DNA of 63,650 nucleotides, filler included, from Collodictyon triciliatum (taxonomy: Eukaryota): assembly GCA_043381765.1 (NCBI GenBank). It is 4 parts of 4 records of this genome, joined end to end, with 100 filler letters (N's around TTAATTAATTAA, not from the genome) between each part and the next. Parts side by side here need not be neighbours in the genome. Positions count along the whole stretch, not along the records: positions 1 to 17,090 come from JBHJMP010001488.1; 3 more parts are not named here. One strand, 5' to 3'. Under the pieces are notes generated by a model. The model was not told the origin of the DNA. It saw nothing but the letters and a program-made list of their open reading frames with translations, and searched no databases. The translations under genes were made by a program, and so were the position numbers. Positions 1 through 11,891 of the stretch are shown here, one piece after another (position 1 is the stretch's first letter; each line of letters opens with the position of its first letter).

Positions 1-110
1 AATAAAGAAATAAAGAAATAAAGAAATAAAGAAATAAAGAAATAAAGAAATAAAGAAATAAAGAAATAAAGAAATAAAGAAATAAAGAAATAAAGAAATA
101 AAGAAATAAA
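1..110. repeat. Microsatellite (AAAGAAAT)n
   Basis: Perfect 8-nt tandem repeat at the window start. Confidence 0.95.
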
Positions 111-223
111 GCATCCAGTTCCTGTGTTCGTCCTAATGGCACCCGATTTCTCTTCCAAACCAGCCAGCAAGACGACTTATTCACCTTTTCAATCGCAACA
201 AACAAGGGCACAGTTACCTACAA

Positions 224-2666
224 ATGGTGGAGAGCGACGAACACGGAGCTTTGCAGGCCTACGAGGTTGCAAAGAGAGCCTTTGACTCTGGCGATCTGGA
301 AAAAGCGGACCGATTCTCCCTGAAGTCGCTGAGACTGTACCCCACCGATAACACCCGCAAGCTTCTGCGCGAAATCAAGATCCAGAAGCAACTCCGCGAT
401 AGGGCTGCGCAGAGACAACAAGGCTTGTGTTTCATTCTATTATTTCCACTACTATGAATTGAGCACTTCGCAGTGCAACTGTTTGGTAACTTAAACCCTT
501 TCATAAAACAAACTAAAACGAACTATAAAAATCCTCAAAAAACGCCGACAAAAAAAAGAAAAAAAGCCGACAAAAAAAAAAAAGAAAAGAAAAAAAGCCG
601 ACAAAAAACTGAACAAATCAGAGAAATAAACATTTAGTACGTGATATATTTGTTTACAGAAGCCGAATCAACAGCCGGTCAGTCGCAGCCAAGTGACCAC
701 AAGCCTTCATCGAACTATCACAACCAGGAAAGCAGACGCACACACCGCAATGGAGTTGAAGAAACAAGTTCGTCAAGTCACTCAGAGTCATCTCATTCTC
801 GGACGACATCATCCTCGACTCACTCCCAGGCTGATTTGGATGCAATCAAGCGGGTGAAAGCATGCAAAACCTACTACGACGTATGCTTTATTTCATCATG
901 TATTTATGTGCCTCATCATCACATCAAATGTAGATTCTTCACATATGAACACTTTTAAACACTATATTGGTCAAAACGTAAAAATATTTCGAATTCATGG
1001 AGCAGCTCTTCTCCTTCGTTTTTATCTCATAGGTTCTTCGAGTTGGAAAGGAAGCAACTGACGAAGAAATTAAAAAATCTTACAAAAAGGTATTCAGGAA
1101 AAACCGCAACTTCCACCACATATGTTCGTTTTAGTGACAGTGTATTGAATCAACACATATCCTCTTAAATGAAGCATATTAGTGATGTGCCTATTTAATA
1201 TTCTCACTCACTCACTCACTCACTCACTCACTCACTCACTCACTCACTCACTCACTCACTCACTCACTCACTCACTCACTCACTCACTCACTCACTCACT
1301 CTCGCAGCTTGCCCTCCAGTTCCACCCTGATAAAAATACTGCTCCGGGCTCCGATGAAGCATTCAAAAGTAAGACAAAATATGCATATACAAACATATTT
1401 TGTATTCAACAATTAATGTTTGGTTCATTTTCAATCGGTTGTGAGTGATCTAAAACTTTGTAAAATCAACGCATAAAATTAGTTGTGTCGAAGGCATATG
1501 CGTGTTTAAGTGACCCAGAGAAGAGGCAGCATTACGACATGGTCGGCGATGAGTCAGTTCCACAAAGGGCAAACAATCGGTATCAATACCACGAAGGCGA
1601 TGTCAGCCCGGAGGAAATATTCAACATGTTCTTTGGTGTCCCCTCTGGACGTTTGTCTTATGAGTTTATTTGATACTCTTTTCCTACACTATACTGTCTG
1701 ATACTTAAGCAGGATGAAACACAACACTCGATATCTGCTGTCAAATCAGCACATGAACCATCTTTCTCTCCTAGATGATAGAATGAAACATCCTAATTTG
1801 CCCGTTGTTCCCTCTGCCTCTACATATATCTCAATCTCTCAATCTCTCTTCGTCATGACAAAAAATAGGTGGCGGTTTTATGAACGAAGAGTTCATTCGC
1901 CGTCGACAATTCAGACATCAAACACAAGGGAGAAATGTCCACCAGTAAAGCAATTAAATTTATTCAAAAGTCATACACAAATACTCTATTATTCTCGATG
2001 ACTACATACGCAACTATCATATTTGGCATAGTTGATGCCATGGAAGACTTTGTAGTAATAAAAAAAAATTCGCCTGATTTCTAATAGCATGCTTTTTCTT
2101 ATATATATCCACAATTCCTTTGCCAAAGCGCCCAATTCAACATTATGCAGCTTTTACCTTTGATATTCCTCCTGATTGTTGCATTCATGGGCTCTTCGAA
2201 AGATGAAAAACCCATTTTCCGATATGAAAAATCAAATGACTATCCAGTGGAGAGAGCTGTAAGAACGCTAAGTTTCTCTTTTGATATCTGCTCCTTAGCC
2301 TCAGTCGACCCGATGTTTTCTTTATTTCTCATTTTGGTTAATTATATATGGCCAATTTTTATTTTGCTGTTGCATCTTACATTTCCTGTTTGATATGTGA
2401 TATACCTTTTTCTTCTTCCTCCTCCCTCCTGCTTCTCAATCTGATAATAATACAACGCGAATCCCTCACAGACGAGACGCTACGAAGTCCCATATTTTGT
2501 CTCCAGCGATTTCAATGATAACTACGGAAAAGATTCGCGCTATATAAATAATGTTGAGCGCACAGTTTTAAACAGGCAAATATTCAAAGATAATGGAATC
2601 CAGTGATTTTGCTGCTTCACAATATTTTTTTTAATTCCATCCATGATTACACCATGAATAACATCA

Positions 2667-2707
<41 letters not shown>

Positions 2708-2724
2708 AAATAATAAATAAATAA

Positions 2725-2768
<44 letters not shown>

Positions 2769-3510
2769 AAATCCATACTTATTTCATCAACATCACGAGT
2801 CAAAGCCGTATCAATTTATCAATCATTTACAATTAACGTGCTATTTACAAGATCTTTATTGTCACAGTTATCACGCATACTTGACTCAAAAGTGTAACAT
2901 CGACAAACAACAAATCCCTCGGGATGAACTTGTTCGTATTGTCTCTCAACAAAACCAAATTCACAAACATATTTCTGTGGACAAAAACGACTTTTTTTCC
3001 TCTAATACACAAAACTGAATTGTTATTGGATGGATGACTGGTGTCTATTCTAATCAAACAGCTTTTTCTTTTTTTAGAAAGGACTTTCACGTTACGATAT
3101 AAACAGGAAATACGCAGAGGTATTCTAATAATAACAAATGAAATAACAAATGAAATAACAAATGAAATAACAAATGAAATAACAAATGAAATAACAAATG
3201 AAATAACAAATGAAATAACAAATGAAATAACAAATGATGATAATTATTATAATTACCCCTCAGCCGACTAATTTCTTCAATGTTTAAAACTCGTTTCATT
3301 TCAATATCTCCTTTTTCCTTTTTTTCTTTTTGGAAGAGAAAAGAAAAGAAATATTACATCTTTTGCTGAGCAAGTATGCTGCCCTCCCATATGTTCGGTG
3401 TATTGACAAAAAGCATTATTCCAAGTAAACATCACACTTAAACGGCTTTTTCTTTCCACCTCACGCAGCTCGAATCTTGCCGACGTCTCCGTCAGTGGAA
3501 TTCAGCCTGA
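224..3510 (+). CDS. ER-membrane J-domain protein, DNAJB12/14 family (about 10 exons)
   Basis: Spliced translation: MVESDEHGALQAYEVAKRAFDSGDLEKADRFSLKSLRLYP, then J-domain KTYYD|VLRVGKEATDEEIKKSYKK|LALQFHPDKNTAPGSDEAFK with HPD, then DVSPEEIFNMFFG, TM segment MQLLPLIFLLIVAFM, and lumenal YPVERA|TRRYEVPYFV...VERTVLNSYHAYLTQKC...LESCRRLRQWNSA*. Confidence 0.9.
1203..1301. repeat. Intronic (CTCA)n microsatellite directly before a 3' splice site
   Basis: About 24 CTCA units followed by CTCGCAG|CTTGCC. Confidence 0.95.
3131..3237. repeat. Intronic 12-nt tandem repeat (ATAACAAATGAA)n
   Basis: About 9 copies; the source of the spurious ITNE/FHLL ORFs. Confidence 0.9.
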
Positions 3511-3954
3511 TAAATTACACTTTTACTTGCTTCTTGTATCTCAGTATGATTTGTCAATACACGACGTTGAAAAATCAAAGAGATATACACTTCTCATACA
3601 TTCCTTTCTCCTTTATAAACAATTTTGCCTTTTGCCTTTCGTGTTCATTCTGAATAGACAAAATCAACTCATGCCGCAGGAATACGCATACGATAGCCAT
3701 TTCTACTTCCTTCGTCGACTTTTCCTTCCTCTTATCTTTGGCGGCGTTAACGTTAAGAGAAAGAGCGAGACAAATACTTGCCGGATATACTAAAGTACCA
3801 ATTCTGGGCTTTTCTTTTATACCAAAGAAAAGGAAAAGGAAAAAAAAAAAAAAAAAAAAGTAAAAGTAGTCATTATTGGAATTGATAGCTAAGCGGTCTC
3901 ATCTTAATTCTGTCTGCAAGAGGATTTATTTATTCAGCCAAGCCATCCCATCTC

Positions 3955-6597
3955 TCACGGTATCAACAAGATTTTCCCCGTAGTCGAACGGCCTATGAAT
4001 ACGAACATGAGAAGACTGCGAGAGTAACTTTGGAAAACACACTACGGAGTGTTAGCCACATATAAAGTTTCTCTTGCGCTTTCCTCTTATCCTTTTTCTT
4101 TGCCCCTGTTTTCCTTTTAATCCAAGCGTGATAGTAAATAGCAACAAAAACCTTCCAATTGGCGGTGGGCCTCAGCAGCATCCTTCAAAGCAAAAGTCTT
4201 TCCGATAAAGACTTTCAGTTGGCCGCTCATAATCCACCCAAAGACGTCTTTGCAGCGGGCGTCGTACTCCTTTATGATGTGGGGTTCAGACAAGAATGTT
4301 ATGCAGTTTAGTGGTTGGGGGTTTAATTGAAGTGATGGTATACAATAAGAGGGAAAGAAAAGGAAACACAAAAACAAACCCAAAATCTATTAAAGTTGAA
4401 ACATGCTATGATACGTAGTTACACCCAGAAGAAAATCACCTCGCGAGTAGAGATGAAGTGAATGAGACTGGGCCTGGTCAAGAAGACTGAGCCATTCTGA
4501 GAGAGAATCTAGGTATCGAAACGATAATCAGCATAAATATAAAGAGGAATGAGAAGGCTGTGTTGGAAAACAAAATGAATATTAGCATATTAAGTCTCAT
4601 GTCACTTTCGCAACATGGGCTCCGAGTTACTGTATGTTGAGATTCACTTGGATGTCGATATTTGGAACCGGGCCGGATGCTGCGCCGAACACGACCAAAT
4701 AACCCCGCGGAGAAAGGCACTTCAGACTCTTGTGGAACGTGTCGGCTCCCACTCCGTCATAAACGACACGCACGCCTTTTCTAGAAGCCAGAGGGAATGG
4801 TGATTATTTGGTCCAATATGACTGGAAATGAAAAAAAGAAAAGAAAAGAAAAGAAAAGAAAAGAAAAGAAAAGAAAAGAAAAGAAAAGAAAAGAAAAGAA
4901 AAGAAAAGAAAAGAAAAGAAAAGAAAAAAAGAAAAAAAGAAAAGAAAAAAAGAAAAAGAAAAAAAGAAAAAGAAAAGAAAAAGAAAAAAGAAAAGAAAAA
5001 AAGAAAAAAGAAAATAGAAAAAGAAAATAGAAAAAGAAAAAAAAGAAAAAAGAAAAAAGAAAAAAATAGAGAGAAAACAAACCCTTCGGTGATTCTCTTC
5101 ACTTCCTCCACAAAATCTTGCTTCGAGTACAATATAATTTCATCAGCACCAGCCTCCCTGTTTGAGAATTAGGATAACGACTCAATCAACCACACTTTAA
5201 TTCACCAGAATTATGAGATTGCGTTTTATTCCTATGGTTTCTTTTCAGTACCGTGCAAGTTTGGCCTTTTCCTCAGTGGACACAGTTGCAATCACTTTTG
5301 CACCTTTGATTTTGGCGATTTGAGTAAGGAGATACCCGACACCACCAGCGGCAGCGTGAACCAACACAGTCGACCCCGCAGTTAATCCTACAAGCCAGAC
5401 ATATGGATTAAAGTGCAAAATTAATAACATCAAAAGTGACATGGAACAAAATAAGATGGCCATGAATGGTTTAATCAGATTGGGAAGTAATTCAAAATTA
5501 TGTGCCCAAATATATAGTTAAATAGTAAGCCAGAGACTCTGAAGGTAATATCGGTTTCTATGTAAGTATCATAGTCCTTTGTTTTTTTTAAATATCACGA
5601 GTAAAAGTTTTAAATGGCGGTAATAACGGGTAAATGAATACAAAGAATAAAGGAATATAAAAGAGGAAAGAAACCCGTATCGGCCAAATAGTGTGCTGTT
5701 AATCCCTGCACCATCGATGCAGCGGCAACCTCAGCAGATATTTCATCTGGCAGACGCACAACCTTTGCATGCGGCACAGAGACATATTCCGAATAACTGC
5801 CGTTGGCCAGGCAATATGCAGCGCGGTCTCCGACCTTGCATGTATTTCATTCAATACATCCGATTATGCAAATTAGAAACATTCAAAAACAAACAATAAA
5901 CAATAAACAATAAACAATAAACAATAAACAATAAACAATAAACAATAAACAATAAACAATAAACAATAAACGATAAACAACAAACAACAAACAACAAACA
6001 ACAAGCATTCAAAAACAACAAACAAAGGATGTGCTATAGCATATTATAGTATAGATAACGAATTTTTTTCGTCTAAAAATGGGATACAGCTTGACTCAAA
6101 CCTTAAAACCAGTGACCGCTGAACCAACTGCCTGAACAACTCCGGCCCCATCGCGCCCAATTTGGACAGGTTTTGGCAAGGGATACGCACNNNNNNNNNN
6201 NNNNNNNNNNNNNNNNNNNNNNNNNNNNNNNNNNNNNNNNNNNNNNNNNNNNNNNNNNNNNNNNNNNNNNNNNNNNNNNNNNNNNNNNNNNNNNNNNNNN
6301 NNNNNNNNNNNNNNNNNNNNNNNNNNNNNNNNNNNNNNNNNNNNNNNNNNNNNNNNNNNNNNNNNNNNNNNNNNNNNNNNNNNNNNNNNNNNNNNNNNNN
6401 NNNNNNNNNNNNNNNNNNNNNNNNNNNNNNNNNNNNNNNNNNNNNNNNNNNNNNNNNNNNNNNNNNNNNNNNNNNNNNNNNNNNNNNNNNNNNNNNNNNN
6501 NNNNNNNNNNNNNNNNNNNNNNNNNNNNNNNNNNNNNNNNNNNNNNNNNNNNNNNNNNNNNNNNNATGCTGTTTTGGTGGGTCGGAAGATCGCTCAT
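3955..6597 (-). CDS. NADPH:quinone oxidoreductase (zeta-crystallin/QOR, MDR family), multi-exon, partly in an N gap
   Basis: Exons read [10 protein letters not shown]...(gap)...[44 protein letters not shown]...[46 protein letters not shown]...[45 protein letters not shown]. Confidence 0.92.
4830..5075. repeat. Intronic (AAAAG)n / A-rich simple repeat
   Basis: Tandem AAAAG decaying into imperfect A-rich units inside a QOR intron. Confidence 0.9.
5890..6004. repeat. Intronic (AAACAAT)n repeat
   Basis: 7-nt tandem repeat inside a QOR intron. Confidence 0.9.
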
Positions 6598-7155
6598 TGT
6601 GTCTGCTGCAGATGAACAGTTTATTTTTCCCAGGTACCGCACAAAACGAAATAAAAAAAAATGAGAGGCGCAAAGTCAACACAGAAAAAACCGCAAAACA
6701 CAAACCGAGACAGAGTGATACGTATCGAAGCTTCCCTCTTATGCGTGGGCGTAGAAAAACAAAAAGATAAAGAAAACAGCGTCGATTGACTATGTTTATT
6801 TCTATAAATTCCGCAAGTGGATAGGATTTTATGAATGTTCCATGTTGCAACTTTGAGCACAAAGAGCCGTTTCTCATTATACTTCTTGGAATATATGGAA
6901 CTTTTGAAATCCGCACCTTTGTAGTGTGCTTTCACAGAAGAATTGGGATTTTAGCCTTCAGACCCAAAAAGGAGTATACCGCTGATGTTGGCAGGTTGGA
7001 TGGGTTGGATTGATAATTTGTCTATTAGCCACACACAATCCAGAGCCAAAAAGAGCCGGTTAGAAAAAACTATTTAAATAATAATAATACGATACCTTAG
7101 AACTGAACAAAGCGAAAGCGATGAAACTCTCGGAGCCGAAAGGGTGGAGACTGCG

Positions 7156-8859
7156 ATGACTGGCTCAGGAACACAATAAAGTCATCATCTGCCTGATGAA
7201 ACTTGCTCCAGCACCTTCTTCAATGGCGATACAGCCTCTGCTGATTTTCAGGGTGACCATAATTCCCTCAATCATCACCATAATCACACCGGCAGTTCGA
7301 GCGATTACAACTCCCAGGACAGCAAACCAACAGCATATGTTATTAGGGCAGACGGGCTCCACATGAAGTGCTAGGCAGGAGAAAATGAGGAAAGACCCCA
7401 GGACATTTCAAGTGGGGATGAAGTTGTCCAAGTAGACATCCAGCAATCTAACCAGCTTCGTCATGTCCCAGATCAAAGCCTAGTAGATGAAACAGAAGGT
7501 TTAGCTGACCGCAACACTGCAAGTTTGCTGCGGTTGCCTCAGGTTGTCCTTCTATCAACACAATTCTGGTTTCGGATCGCCTTGCAATGCTTCCCAGTCC
7601 TATTCGTCGTGATTTTAGTAATGTGCGCTTACTTTATCCCTGCAAGACTGATTCTAGAGGACGATCTCCAGGGAAAAACTGAGCTTCTTTATGAGGCTTT
7701 ACGTGGATATATTCGAAGGCTTACATATTATGCACCTATGTGCCTGATATTCATCTATATTTTTTCGTGGGACCTATCAAAGAGGGTGATTGGATTCGTT
7801 GTAATTCCGTGCACAGTGGTTGATTTTATAGTGTGTTTTCTTCTTGGGGTTGACAGTCTCTGGTATATCTTAATTACAAACGCCTCTACATTTCTCTCTG
7901 AAACCGTAAGTTTCTACGTGGTCAAAAAATACACCCGCTTGGATGACAAAAGTAATGGGCAGCTTTGTTTTCGTATTACTCAGGACGGAACTTCATACAC
8001 CCTAGCCAAAGGGCTTATAGGATTCTTTGGAATTGTTGGTCTATTTATGCAAATATTTATTCCGTATTTGATAAACTTTTCCTTTATGACGCAAGTTTTC
8101 TGCAAACTTTTTATCTTCCCATTGATATTCTTCATCTCAAAGTCATACCAAACCTATTTGTTACACCACCTGTCTGATATTCACATGGAACGGCGGCTGG
8201 TGGTAAATTGCGTCTTGAGCCTATACATCAAATTCATGGGCAGAATTGTCTTGTCAAGCTTATCATCGAACGGAGGAAACATAGTGCAGTTTATTATAAC
8301 CAACCTACTCGTCAACTCAATCAATATAGCTACCACTGTGTTCTGCAGACAAAGACTTTCGATAGCATACGATGCTATGAGGATGCTAAAGACGTTTGCA
8401 TTTGGGCACAAGAGAATTACAAAAACCCATTCCGTCGTGCTGGTCGACGCCTTTGAGTCTATTGAAAACCTAAGAACCATTAGAGATGAGAAGACAAGCC
8501 ACATAAAATAGTCTGTCTTAATAAGAAATATCACTCTGCGTGAGGAAATCGGCCATGAATTTATTGTGATGATAACTACCCCTCTTCTGTCATATTTCTT
8601 ATGTCCGATATACCCTGACACGCCGTTCAACACCATATCCAGCATAAACCAATGCTTCGTGCAAATATTCTTGCAAATATTGGTTGGTTTCGTTGCAGAT
8701 GCGGCATCACTAACATATGAAATCCACAAGGGATACGTCAAATATGGTAGTTTAAACACAAGTGTAGGGTTGAATCATTCGGTCATCAGTATATTTTTCT
8801 ATATTTAGTGCAGTATATACACAGTTTTACATTTCACTAAAATAGTGCCGAATTTGTAG
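7156..8859 (+). pseudogene. Multi-pass membrane protein reading frame interrupted by in-frame stops (pseudogene, or unrecognised splicing/recoding)
   Basis: ORFs 7525-8511 and 8566-8808 share one frame that reads protein-like from ATG 7156. Stops occur at 7177 (TAA), 7372, 8509 and 8806 (TAG), with the frame ending at TAG 8857; there are no frameshifts. Many hydrophobic segments. Family not recognised. Confidence 0.55.
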
Positions 8860-9370
8860 AGCTTTCTTTTCTAGTTTTCTCGCATTTAAAAACCGCATCA
8901 AGGCTCACGAATCCATATGGCGTGAATGCTCGCTCTTATTCAGACACCATGAAAAAAAGAAAGAAAATAGAAATAATTCTCTTTTATGGCGCCCGGCCAT
9001 TATAACCCTTCATCTGTGGCAGAAAGATGAACAATTACGTTTTTTTTTTCTCCTTGATGTCTGAATAGTACAAGGTTATGTCATTTTTGAATCTTTGAAA
9101 GATAATAAAATATGGCATTGATTGTTTCATATGTTTATTTTATGGAGAGTAAATACGAAGAGAGCGACATATTATATACAGATTGAGAGTCAATATAAAG
9201 GGCAGCCTCTGTTTTTGATTAAAAACTGAATAGAAAGAATCTCTGGTACATCTGCTCCATGGGTTCAATTTTTAAATTAAAAAAATAGAGGAAAACAGCA
9301 ACAGAGAATAAAAAAAAGGGTTAGAGGTAAAGCTTTGCAAGGAAGCACAGATAGATATCTGCGTATCTAC

Positions 9371-11793
9371 TTAGGAGAATAGGCCTTTGATCATGTTGGC
9401 ATCTGCTTCGCTCACTGACATCGACCTTGTGCTGAGCTCGCTCACGATACTCATGTGCTCATCTTCTAAAGTCGTATTCAAAGGCGCACTCACAGGTCGG
9501 CTTGGAATAGTACTTTCTGATAACAGCCTTAGGACACCCTCTTTCTCAAATAGTTTCTGTAAAACCATATCTCGGTCTTTTGGTTGGAAATCAAGAACTG
9601 ATAACGCCCTTGAAGTTACGGATGGCTATGTGCAACGCGATATTTGAGATTGTTGAAAAACTGTTGATTAATAGTATTATAGTTGCGAATAATGGTAGCT
9701 TTAGTCATTCAAGCTTGATATTTACCCGCTTTGGGAGTCGTTTCTGTATTTCGCGTCGGACATCATCTAAACACGACTGCAGCAGGTTGCGTATTTCGTT
9801 CTTTGAGTATATTTCCTGGCGATATTTCATCGACAAATCTCTAATTGTATGAAAAAGCAAAATCGATAAATTTTCAATGTTACATAGCACAATATTTGAA
9901 CTGTTTCACAAATATGTCTCTTTTTTTCTCGAAAAAAAAAAGAGCATCGAGTAAATGAAAACGTTCTTAAATTTTAGAATTAATTTTCAATTGATTCTTT
10001 GAACCTATTTTTCCTTCTCTCTGCCTCTAGCTGGTCAATTAGATTTTGCATGTCCCCAATGCATTTTTGCTTGAATCTTTCATCTAATAAGATTAATTTG
10101 ATTCAACTGAGGTGAAGATACCAAAGTAGCCTGATTAATTCAGCTTTACCGACTAAATCCGGAGAAGTTCTTGAAGATGCATTTTCCATGTATTCTCGAG
10201 GTTCGGGAGTCACACGAGTTTTACTTGATTCAAGTTGTTTTTGAGCTGCAGCAAGTGATTTCTTTGCACCAAATCTTTCTTTCAATGCATGGTCGCGTTC
10301 CAGTCTTGCAGCGATGAGCTAAAATAAGAAGAATATTAAAAAAGTGCTTATGATTGTCCGTCGCCTCAGCTCCAAAATTCAAACTCGAGGCATTCATGTG
10401 ATACAAAAATAAACCACCATGCACCTATGATATGCAAGAACGTCATATAAAAAGAAAAAAAAGAGAAAAAAGAGAAAAAAAAGAGAAAAAAAGAGAAAAA
10501 AGAGAAAAAAAGAGAAAAAAAGAGAAAAAAAGAGAAAAAAAGAGAAAAAAGAGAAAAAAAGAGAAAAAAAAAAAAAAAGAGAAAAAAAAAGAGAAAAAAA
10601 AAGAGAAAAAAAAGAGAAAAAAAGAGAAAAAAAAAGAGAAAAAAAGAGAAAAAAAAAGAGAAAGAATAAGAATATTAAAGGCAACATATTAGGTGTCTAG
10701 GATTTAACCTGATCACGCAATTGTTTGTTTTCTTCCTGGGCCTAATTTTTTTTCATTATTATTATGCTTATGGATAAAGAATTGAGAGAAATTGAATCGA
10801 AGGCGAATAAAAGGGATTTGCAAAATAAGGCGTTTTTATCTTATGGGAGACCTTGTTAAGCATGCTTTTTGAATGTAAAGCTTCATCTCTAGACATTTTC
10901 AACTCTTCAGTCAAATACTCAGACCTCTGAACCCATTGTTCAATGGCCTCATCGTGCTGAAATAAGTTTTTTTTAAACAAGAACAAAAACACAAAACAAA
11001 AAACGATTCAAAAGACGGTTTCCTTCATTCGGCATGCAATTTGTCATTCAATAAAAGCGCCTGTGTATATATATCATACAACCTTAGATGATTGCCTGAG
11101 AAGCTCATTCTGAAGGTCCTGAAGTCTCATTTTGAAATCGACCATATTGGTATGTACTGTCCAGTTCATAGCAATAATTATTTTAATTCTATTCTAAAAT
11201 ATGGCTTCACAAAACCAAATAAATTAATTACATTCTTCTTGACTGATGCCTGAAATATACTGTCTAATCTGCCCGTGCATACTCCGAATGTACTGCATCC
11301 TCGTTAAGAACTCTTTTGAGTGGGTGTAGTTAATTAACCCCTATAGATTGGAAAAACAAGATTCAATCCATCGCATAAGTAATTTATTATTGTTTTTATA
11401 AGTCGATTCATAGTTTAGATTTACCCCTCTCGCTTGGTAGCCGTAATATCGCTCTGGACTCCTATCAAATACGTTGGTTTGGTGTATAGTTAGCACAAGG
11501 AGAGACTTTGTCAGATATTTTTACACATGAGAGGATAGTTGATTTGGATTATTATTCAACCTTGGTAGCTAAAGAGAGGCGGAGCCATCGGATGCACGCA
11601 CAGAATATAGAAAATGATTAGTATTTTCCATCAAAATGTAATAACCAAAACTATAAAGTGTACAAAACGCTTGTTTCAATTACCGAAGATTCTGATATTT
11701 CTGATATTCTGTCTAAACTATCAGACTCTTGAAGTCGGAATGAGGACTGGGCAATGGGACCACTTTGGCTTGTATCGCTAGTAAATCAATGAG

Positions 11794-11891
<98 letters not shown>

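Noticed and set aside
1-110. Telomeric repeat at the window start, or (TTTTAG)n as an interstitial telomere
   Set aside because: The motifs lack the G-run of typical telomere repeats and are two of many unrelated microsatellites.
5521-5545. Possible microexon (CAG|AGTCTCTG|GC) in a QOR intron
   Set aside because: Its phase does not fit, and the flanking exons already join in frame ([17 protein letters not shown]).
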